Part shown: in pieces, positions 17,226 through 24,188 of the stretch | Numbering within the stretch: the first letter of the stretch is position 1 | Layout: the number at the start of each line of letters is the position of its first letter | The notes under the pieces: model-generated | Database searches by the model: none | Told to the model about the DNA's origin: nothing | Seen by the model: only the letters and a program-made list of their open reading frames with translations | Translations under genes and position numbers: made by a program | Origin: Candidatus Bipolaricaulia bacterium | GTDB taxonomy: Bacteria; Bipolaricaulota; Bipolaricaulia; RBG-16-55-9 | Assembly: GCA_042219045.1 (NCBI GenBank) | Contig: JBDGQO010000019.1 | Span: 1 to 37,612, forward strand | Direction: 5' to 3' | Length of the DNA: 37,612 bases

Positions 17226-19268
17226 ATGCAGATCAAGACCGAGTTCCCTCGCCCCGTCCGCGAGATCGAAAACACCTGGATTCCGATGGCCGACGGGACC
17301 CGTCTCGCGGCCTCGATCTGGCTGCCGGAAGACGCAGAGGAACATCCCGTCCCGGCGATCCTCGAATACATCCCGTACCGCAAGTCGGACGCCACCGCTC
17401 CGCGCGACGCACGCAACCACCCCTACTTCGCCGGCCACGGCTACGCCTCCGTGCGCGTCGACATCCGCGGAAGCGGCAACTCCGAGGGCATCCTCTACGA
17501 CGAATACCTCCCGCAGGAACAACAGGACGCGCTGGAGGTGCTCCGTTGGATCGCCGATCAGCCGTGGTGCACGGGCGAGGTGGGGATGATCGGCATCTCC
17601 TGGGGTGGGTTCAACGGCCTCCAAGTCGCAGCGCATCGGCCGCCCGAACTCAAAGCCGTCATCACGGTCTGTTCCACCGACGATCGCTACGCCGACGACG
17701 TCCACTACATGGGCGGGTGCGTCATCGGCTCGGAGATGCTGCCCTGGGCCTCGAACATGCTGGTGCGCAATGCGCGGCCGCCCGACCCCTCACACGTCGG
17801 CGACCGCTGGCGTGAGATCTGGCTTGATCGCATGGAGCGGACCCCGCCTTACGTGGAGACCTGGCTTGCCCATCAGCGCCGCGACGGCTACTGGAAGCAG
17901 GGATCGGTCTGCGAGGACTTTTCCAACGTTCAGTGCCCGGTCTACGCCGTCGGCGGCTGGGCCGACGCCTACACCAACGCGATCTTCCGATTGCTTGAGG
18001 GGCTGTCAGTGCCGCGTAAGGGGCTAATCGGGCCGTGGGTCCATGCCTATCCGCATATCGCCGTGCCGGGCCCGACGATCGACTTTTTGTCGGAATGCTT
18101 GCGCTGGTGGGATCACTGGCTCAAAGGAATCGACACGGGCATCATGGACGATCCCATGTTGAGGGCCTGGATTCAGGACAGCGTCCCGCCGCGGACGTAC
18201 TTCGGCCACCGTCCCGGCCGCTGGGCGCGAACGTCGGGTTGGCCCGTGCCCGATCAGACCATCCGCCGTTACGGCCTGAGCGCGGCGAGTGGCCTCAACC
18301 CCGACGGCGCCACCAACAACGATACGGACCCCCCGACAGAGCTCACCGTCGCGAGCCCGCAAATCACGGGTCTGGAAGCCGGCACCTGGTGCGCCTACGG
18401 GAAGCCGGCCGAGCAGCCCCCCGATCAACGGTCCGACGACGGACGCTCCCTCTGCTTCACATCCGCGCCGTTGAGCGAGGCTATAGAGATCCTCGGCTTT
18501 CCGGAGGCCCGCCTCGTGCTGTCGGCTGATCGGCCCCTCGCGCTCGTCGCGGTAAGGCTGTGCGACGTCGCCCCATCCGGGGCCTCGACGCTCATCACAC
18601 GCGGCCTGCTCAACCTGACCCACCGGGAGAGCCACGAGCATCCGCAACCGCTGGCGCCCAATACGCCCTACGGGGTGACGATCCCGCTGAACGCCATCGG
18701 CTATGCCATGCCGGCCGGCCATCGGCTGCGGCTGAGCGTGTCATCAAGCTACTGGCCGCTGGCGTGGCCCGCGCCGGCGCCGGTGACGCTCGCACTTCGG
18801 CCCGAGGCGAGCGAGTTCGTTCTGCCGACCTGGTCGGCCGAGATGGACGCCGACGACGTTGAGCCCCCCTTCGCGCCGCCCGAGAGCGCGGAGCCCCTGG
18901 CCACAGAGACCATCCGTCACGGCGAGATCAACCGCTACGTCGAGCAGGATCGAGCCCAGGGGACCACCCGATACGTCGTTCAGGACGACTTCGGGCGCAA
19001 GCGCCTCGACGAGCAGGAGCTCGACATCGAAACCGTCCAGCGCGACGTCTACACGATTGCGGACGACGATCCCCTCTCAGCAACGGTCGAGTGCGAGCGA
19101 TCGCTCGGCCTTGAGCGCGACGACTGGCGGATCCGGGTCGAGAGCAAAAGCGTGATGAGCGGCGATGCCGATCAGTTCCACCTGACCAACGTGCTGGACG
19201 CCTACGAGGGCGACGTCCGGGTGTTCACCAAGACCTGGGACACATCCGTGCCACGCGATCAGGTCTGA
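17226..19268 (+). CDS. CocE/NonD family serine hydrolase (peptidase S15 / X-Pro dipeptidyl-peptidase-like)
   Basis: IPMADGTRLAA, EYIPYRK, VDIRGSGNSEG, GISWGG nucleophile, GGWADAY, GPWVH, C-terminal PepX-like domain. SD GAGGAGG. Confidence 0.94.
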   Translation: MQIKTEFPRPVREIENTWIPMADGTRLAASIWLPEDAEEHPVPAILEYIPYRKSDATAPRDARNHPYFAGHGYASVRVDIRGSGNSEGILYDEYLPQEQQDALEVLRWIADQPWCTGEVGMIGISWGGFNGLQVAAHRPPELKAVITVCSTDDRYADDVHYMGGCVIGSEMLPWASNMLVRNARPPDPSHVGDRWREIWLDRMERTPPYVETWLAHQRRDGYWKQGSVCEDFSNVQCPVYAVGGWADAYTNAIFRLLEGLSVPRKGLIGPWVHAYPHIAVPGPTIDFLSECLRWWDHWLKGIDTGIMDDPMLRAWIQDSVPPRTYFGHRPGRWARTSGWPVPDQTIRRYGLSAASGLNPDGATNNDTDPPTELTVASPQITGLEAGTWCAYGKPAEQPPDQRSDDGRSLCFTSAPLSEAIEILGFPEARLVLSADRPLALVAVRLCDVAPSGASTLITRGLLNLTHRESHEHPQPLAPNTPYGVTIPLNAIGYAMPAGHRLRLSVSSSYWPLAWPAPAPVTLALRPEASEFVLPTWSAEMDADDVEPPFAPPESAEPLATETIRHGEINRYVEQDRAQGTTRYVVQDDFGRKRLDEQELDIETVQRDVYTIADDDPLSATVECERSLGLERDDWRIRVESKSVMSGDADQFHLTNVLDAYEGDVRVFTKTWDTSVPRDQV

Positions 19269-19354
19269 CGGTCGTCCCGGCGCGGGCCGAGCGACGGTCG
19301 TGTCCGCCTCAAAGTCGATGCGTCCTGGACCCCGTTACCGCCAGATCGCAGGAG

Positions 19355-19383
19355 TTGCGCCCTTTGAGCGGGTCTGATACACT
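19355..19383 (+). promoter_or_regulatory. rpsF operon promoter
   Basis: TTGCGC-17 bp-TACACT with TG extension. Confidence 0.6.
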
Positions 19384-19391
19384 ATTCGTTT

Positions 19392-19466
19392 GGACGCTGC
19401 AACAGTTCGACGTCTTGGCCGCGTCATGTGATCGTGCGGCCGGGACGGCACGACGTTGCAGCGCCC
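19392..19466 (+). ncRNA. candidate structured ribosomal-protein leader upstream of rpsF
   Basis: Long hairpin: CGCTGCAAC(19395-19403)/GTTGCAGCG(19455-19463) plus CGTCTTGGCCGCG(19411-19423)/TGCGGCCGGGACG(19435-19447). G-U pairs favour the + strand. Confidence 0.5.
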
Positions 19467-19489
19467 GATAATTCCAGTCTCACGTCGAG

Positions 19490-19837
19490 GTGGTCGGACT
19501 GTCACGCGCGTACGAAGTGCTCTACATCGTTCGTCCAGATGTGGGCGAGGACGAATACTCCGAAGTCATCGGCAAGTTTGAGCAAATCGTCAAGGACGAA
19601 GGCGGCGAAGTCGCCAACATCGAGGAATGGAACGTCCGCCCGTTCACCTACGAGATCGAGCACTACGACCGCGGATATTACGTGCTCATGACGTTCTGGG
19701 GCGGGACCGACATCGTTCCGAAGCTCCACGAGCGATTCAAGCTGGACAACCGAGTCTTGCGCCAGCAGATCGTCCGCGTGGACGAGATGGAATCCCCCGC
19801 AGAGGCGTCCGACTCCACCGCTGGCGCGGCGGCGTGA
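19490..19837 (+). CDS. rpsF: 30S ribosomal protein S6
   Basis: RAYEVLYIVRP, EEW..R.FTYEI....GYY. True start may be CTG at 19499. Confidence 0.96.
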   Translation: MVGLSRAYEVLYIVRPDVGEDEYSEVIGKFEQIVKDEGGEVANIEEWNVRPFTYEIEHYDRGYYVLMTFWGGTDIVPKLHERFKLDNRVLRQQIVRVDEMESPAEASDSTAGAAA

Positions 19838-19857
19838 GCGAAGGAGGCATCTGAGCG

Positions 19858-20289
19858 ATGCTGAACCACGTCGTCCTGATCGGCAATCTGACCGAAGACC
19901 CTGAGCTGCGCTACACGCAGAACGGGACGGCCCGCGGACGGTTCCGCATTGCCGTGAATCGACGCTACCGCGATCGCGAGGGCGTCCTCCAAGAGGAGGC
20001 GACGTTCGTCCCCATTGTCGTCTGGGGCGCGCAGGCGGAGAACTGCGCCAACTACCTGAACAAGGGCCGCCAAGTCGCCGTGGAGGGACGCCTGCGGATC
20101 GATTCGTTCACACCCGAAGGCGAGGAGAAGCCGGTCAAGGTCGTGGAGGTCGTGGCCAACAGCGTCCAGTTCCTCGGCGGGCCGGGCAGCGAGGGACGCC
20201 CGGATTCCGGAGCGCCGGCCGACCAAAGCGACGCGGGGTCGACATCTGAGGAATCAACCGGCAACGGGGATGAGGAGGTGCCGTTTTGA
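19858..20289 (+). CDS. ssb: single-stranded DNA-binding protein
   Basis: LNHVVLIGNLTEDPELRYT, YLNKGRQVAVEGRL, acidic DEEVPF tail. Confidence 0.98.
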   Translation: MLNHVVLIGNLTEDPELRYTQNGTARGRFRIAVNRRYRDREGVLQEEATFVPIVVWGAQAENCANYLNKGRQVAVEGRLRIDSFTPEGEEKPVKVVEVVANSVQFLGGPGSEGRPDSGAPADQSDAGSTSEESTGNGDEEVPF

Positions 20290-20504
20290 GACGACGCAAG
20301 AAGCGATTTGTCTGTGAGATCTGCAAGCACGACATCACGTTGACCTACAAGCGCCCCGACGAGCTGAAGCGCTACGTCAACCGACTCGGGAAGATCCTGC
20401 CTCGGCGCGTGACCAAGATGTGCTCCAAGCACCAGCGCTGGCTCCGCCAGGAAGTCAAGCGCGCGCGCAACATGGCGCTCCTTCCATACGAGATCGAGCA
20501 GTAA
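20286..20504 (+). CDS. rpsR: 30S ribosomal protein S18 (zinc-binding C+ form)
   Basis: CEIC..., GKILPRRVT, CSKHQR, KRARNMALLPY. TTG start overlaps the ssb stop. Confidence 0.96.
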   Translation: MRRRKKRFVCEICKHDITLTYKRPDELKRYVNRLGKILPRRVTKMCSKHQRWLRQEVKRARNMALLPYEIEQ

Positions 20505-20530
20505 CGCCGGCGAAACGCCGCGTGGGAATC

Positions 20531-20705
20531 GCTCTCCCCGAAGCTCGCTCGCGGGAGAGCCATGGCGCAGCGACGCTGCCAGGCTCCGTGAGTTTGGATG
20601 CTGAACTCTCGGTCAGGAGCCAAGCGGGAGGAAGCGCTCGCCGCCGACGCGGTCGATTCCGAACTTGCAAGCGAGCGAAACCGGACAGGCCGTTAGCTAT
20701 GGCTC
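20531..20705 (+). ncRNA. candidate multi-stem structured RNA between rpsR and the antiporter
   Basis: 10-bp closing stem 20557-20566/20696-20705 enclosing several hairpins. No recognised family. Confidence 0.3.
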
Positions 20706-20819
20706 GACTCATGCAAACACACAGATGGGCCCACGGCTCCGCTAACTGCCTCAAACTATTCGCTTGATGAGGGGACGCGGAAGGAACGGCATGAGGCCGG
20801 GGTGCGGGAGCGACCGAGC

Positions 20820-22163
20820 ATGAATCGCCGGATCGTCGTGTCGCTCCTGGCCGTCACGGCCATTACCCTTCCCTGGCTCGGCAGCTTCCTCGCGCAGGCC
20901 CTCTCCAGCCTGGCCACGCTCTCCAACTTCAGCAACCTCACCACGGTCGCGATCAGCGGCATCGCCGTGCTGGGGGCCTCGTTTCTGTTGACGTGGGGAG
21001 CCGAGACCGCCGAGAAGGACGTGCCCCGGGCGTTCGCCATTGCCGTGCTCGCGGTGTTGGCCGTGGCCCCGGAATACGCCGTGGATGCGCTCTACGCGTG
21101 GAACGCGGGCCAGTTTGCGGGCACGCCCGCCGGAACCGAAGCCGGTAACCTCGCGGTCGCCAACATGACCGGCGCCAACCGCATCCTGATCGGCATCGGC
21201 TGGGCCGGCATCGTCGGTTTCACCGTGCTGCGACGCGGCTCGGCCACGGATCCCGCTGTCAGGCGAGGTGACGGGCCCCTAACCGATGCCGTCCAGCTGG
21301 ATCGCAACCTTGGCGTCGAGATCGTCTTCCTGCTCGCGGCAACGCTCTGGGCGTTCGTCGTGCCGCTCAACGGCGGTATCGACGTCGTGGACACCGCGTT
21401 TCTCGTCTCCCTCTACGTGTTCTACATCGCCGTCGTTCTGCGCGATGAGCGCGTCGAGACCGAGGAACAGTTGGGCGTGCCCGCCTATCTCCAGGATCTA
21501 CCCAAGCCCGTGCGCGTCGGGACGGTCATCGCGCTGTTCGCTTACTCGGCCTTGATTATCATCACTGCCGTTGAGCCCTTCGCGCATGGCCTGGAGGAAC
21601 TCGGCAAGCAAGTGGGCATTCCGCCGTTCTTCATGATCCAATGGATCGCGCCTTTGGCGTCGGAATCCCCTGAACTGATCGTGGTCCTGGTGCTGGTTAC
21701 CAAAGCTCGATCCTCCGCGGGCTTCAACGCGCTCATCTCCTCCAAGCTCAACCAGTGGACACTGCTGATCGGGACGCTGGCCGTGGTCTACTCACTCGCC
21801 CTCGGCCACTACGGCTCGCTGCCGTTCGACCAGAAACAGGCGGGAGAGATCTGGATCACCGCCGCGCAGTCGTTCTTTGCGCTGGCGCTGATCCTCAACT
21901 TCCAGTTCGCCCTGCGCGAGGCCATCGGGTTGTTCCTCCTGTTCATCTCCCAAGTGCTTATCGAATTCCTCATCATTCGCGATATCGTTGCCATTCCCAT
22001 CTCCAGCTACGAGCTATTGCTCGTCTTCAGTGGGATCTACATTGTACTCGGCATGGGGCTGTTGGCCCTCCACTGGCGAGCATTCGTCCACGTGCTGCGT
22101 CAGACGGGCGGCGTGGTCGGCCGTGCGCTGTCAGGCCAAGCCCAGCCTCAGGAACAGGACTGA
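20820..22163 (+). CDS. Ca2+/cation antiporter (CaCA, sodium:calcium exchanger family)
   Basis: Two alpha-repeats (LAVAPEYAVD...ANMTGAN and PLASESPE...SSKLNQWTL) and more than 10 hydrophobic segments. Confidence 0.9.
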   Translation: MNRRIVVSLLAVTAITLPWLGSFLAQALSSLATLSNFSNLTTVAISGIAVLGASFLLTWGAETAEKDVPRAFAIAVLAVLAVAPEYAVDALYAWNAGQFAGTPAGTEAGNLAVANMTGANRILIGIGWAGIVGFTVLRRGSATDPAVRRGDGPLTDAVQLDRNLGVEIVFLLAATLWAFVVPLNGGIDVVDTAFLVSLYVFYIAVVLRDERVETEEQLGVPAYLQDLPKPVRVGTVIALFAYSALIIITAVEPFAHGLEELGKQVGIPPFFMIQWIAPLASESPELIVVLVLVTKARSSAGFNALISSKLNQWTLLIGTLAVVYSLALGHYGSLPFDQKQAGEIWITAAQSFFALALILNFQFALREAIGLFLLFISQVLIEFLIIRDIVAIPISSYELLLVFSGIYIVLGMGLLALHWRAFVHVLRQTGGVVGRALSGQAQPQEQD

Positions 22164-22349
22164 CGTCCGCGGTTCGGCAATGGGCCAACAGGCCGACAGT
22201 GGCTGGTCTGACGCCGAACGCGACATCACCACCGGCGTCAGCGAACTTGCCGGGTCTGGCGACCGCTTTAGGATCCGATCGTGGCTTATTCGCAGTCTAC
22301 CAAAGAGCGGGTTGGTAGACGAGGAGCAACGGGATAGCAGGTCTTGCCG

Positions 22350-22517
22350 CTATCCCTTTTCCTCTTGCTTCTCTTCCTTCTCTAGGTACTCCAGGATTGC
22401 CTGGACGGCCAAGTAGTTGACCGAGCGATCACGCTTCTGCGCCAGTTTCTGCAGGCGCTCCAGTACCTGCTCGTTCTGGTGCTTCTGCGGCAAGTAGATG
22501 GTGATCGTTGCGCGCAC
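22350..22517 (-). CDS. small ribbon-helix-helix (CopG/Arc/MetJ-like) DNA-binding protein, 55 aa
   Basis: Missing from the ORF track. GTG start with SD AGGGGAG. MRATITIYLPQKHQNEQVLERLQKLAQKRDRSVNYLAVQAILEYLEKEEKQEEKG has an alternating beta strand, then helix-RS-helix. Confidence 0.85.
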   Translation of the reverse strand: MRATITIYLPQKHQNEQVLERLQKLAQKRDRSVNYLAVQAILEYLEKEEKQEEKG

Positions 22518-22545
22518 GGTTTCTCCCCTATCCTTTGTAAGATTT

Positions 22546-22609
22546 GAAGCGACACACCCCCGAGCGTCGCTTCTAACGACATCATAGCGAACGAGACAGC
22601 CGATGTGAA
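22546..22609 (-). promoter_or_regulatory. promoter plus inverted repeat upstream of the RHH gene
   Basis: Minus strand TTCACA-17 bp-TATGAT (22609-22581), followed by GAAGCGAC-N12-GTCGCTTC (22546-22573). Confidence 0.5.
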
Positions 22610-22671
22610 GTCCGACGGTTCACGTTGCATGCGTAAGCGAGCACAGGCCGAATCCGGCTAGGGCCGGGTCA

Positions 22672-22953
22672 TCACGGTGAAGCCGCTGGGCAATCGGTCG
22701 GTCCGATGATGCGAAACGGCGGCTCATCGGGACTGAAGCGGCCTTCCAGAGCGACAAACGTGCTGCGGTGCGCGTGCATCGCAAGTTCCGATTCCGGTTC
22801 GTCGACAATCTCCACCCGTAGTAGGCCGTCTCCACGGATTCGTTGCCATCGACGCTGTCCAACGTCGTGGATCCTTGCTGGGTAATCTCCACCGGAAGCG
22901 CCGGGATGGCGCGCTCGGGCGCATGCGTTCGCCGATGCGTGCTCAGACGCCAA
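22672..22953 (-). CDS. possible small hypothetical protein
   Basis: The C-terminal half (GLLRVEIVDEPESELAMHAHRSTFVALEGRF) has protein-like composition, but there is no clear SD and no recognisable family. Confidence 0.25.
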   Translation of the reverse strand: MASEHASANACARARHPGASGGDYPARIHDVGQRRWQRIRGDGLLRVEIVDEPESELAMHAHRSTFVALEGRFSPDEPPFRIIGPTDCPAASP

Positions 22954-23092
22954 GGATCGAGAGCGGAACGCGGGCGCGCCTCCGCCACGTCATGATGGGA
23001 GTTTATCAAGGGCCCCCTCGCCACAACTCGGCACGGTGCCGTTGTGAAGCTGACGAACACGCGGCTATACTTCGCCGTTGGAGGGAACCGAC

Positions 23093-24175
23093 TTGTCAAC
23101 ACGCCTCGAACGCATCGCCCGACGACTGCGCCGCCGCGTGGACAAGGCGGCCGATCCGACTGCGGAGGCATCCGAACCCGATCAGGCATTCGGAATGCCG
23201 GGCGTCGACGCGTCGTCGTTTCGGCGCACCATGCGGCTCAAGGACGAGCTGCAGCACACGTTCGAGGGGCGATCCCTGTCCGACCTCTATGTCCCAGCAG
23301 AGTTGGACCACGACTACGGCACCTGTCTGGAAATTCGCCATGAGGTTCCCCTCAGCTTGCCCTGGCCTGACCTGGACGAGTATCGCGAGCAACTGGCCAG
23401 CACGATGCGCTTGCTCCACGGCGTGGGGCCGCGCGTCGAGGCAACGTTGCAACGGTCGGGGTATGCGTCCGTCGCCGACCTCGTGGCGCATCCGCGCTGG
23501 GGTCGCGAAGCCGAGCGAGTTCTCAGCTGCATTCGGTCCGGACAACTATCGGACGTGCACGCGCTGGTTCGGCGGTGGTTCCCCGTATCGCACGCCCTCA
23601 GCCTCGGGCTGCTCGGCCTCGCAACTCCCGAAGACCTCGTCTTCCTCGACATCGAAAGCCTCGGGCTTTTCGAACGGCCCGTGGTTTTAATCGGCATGGC
23701 CCATGTCGACGGCGACCGGTTGGACGTTCGGCAGCTGCTCGTCCGCGACATCACTGAGGAGCTTCCGGCGTTGGCCATCACCGCGGAACGGCTCGGCACG
23801 GATCCCGTCCTGGTGACCTACAATGGCCGCGCGTTCGACGCCAACATGGTGCGCGAGCGGCTCGACTACTACGGCTTCTTGAGCGATTTGGAGCCGATCC
23901 ATTTCGACTTGCTTCCCCATGCCCGCCGACACTTCCAGCGCACCATTCCGGATGCCCGACTGGAAACGGTTGAACAGTCTTTGGGCCGTTCGCGGGAGAT
24001 GGACCTGCCCAGCGCATTGGTTCCCGACTTCTACAACACGTATCTCGAAACCGACAACATCGGTCCACTGGTGCCCATTTTGGAACACAACAAGCACGAC
24101 GTCGTGTCGGTAGCCGTGTTGCTGAAGCGGCTGCTGTCCGACCATGGGCTGGGCCCGAACGGAAAGGACACCTGA
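23093..24175 (+). CDS. YprB/MrfB-like DEDD exonuclease (RNase_H_2) with helix-hairpin-helix motif
   Basis: FLDIESLG, TYNGRAFD, HFDLL, HNKHDV exonuclease motifs and LLHGVGPR HhH. TTG start at 23093 after SD GGAGGG. Promoter-like TTGTGA-18-TATACT at 23042-23071. Confidence 0.88.
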   Translation: MSTRLERIARRLRRRVDKAADPTAEASEPDQAFGMPGVDASSFRRTMRLKDELQHTFEGRSLSDLYVPAELDHDYGTCLEIRHEVPLSLPWPDLDEYREQLASTMRLLHGVGPRVEATLQRSGYASVADLVAHPRWGREAERVLSCIRSGQLSDVHALVRRWFPVSHALSLGLLGLATPEDLVFLDIESLGLFERPVVLIGMAHVDGDRLDVRQLLVRDITEELPALAITAERLGTDPVLVTYNGRAFDANMVRERLDYYGFLSDLEPIHFDLLPHARRHFQRTIPDARLETVEQSLGRSREMDLPSALVPDFYNTYLETDNIGPLVPILEHNKHDVVSVAVLLKRLLSDHGLGPNGKDT

Positions 24176-24188
24176 GCGAGGCGGACCC

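Noticed and set aside
20611..20640. GGTCAGG...AGGAAGC resemblance to SRP (4.5S) RNA domain IV
   Set aside because: Lacks the GNRA-capped short helix and the AGCAG partner of the symmetric loop.
22620..23189. 189-aa minus-strand ORF
   Set aside because: Overlaps the exonuclease start and its promoter, has Arg/Pro/Ser-rich non-coding-like composition and no SD.
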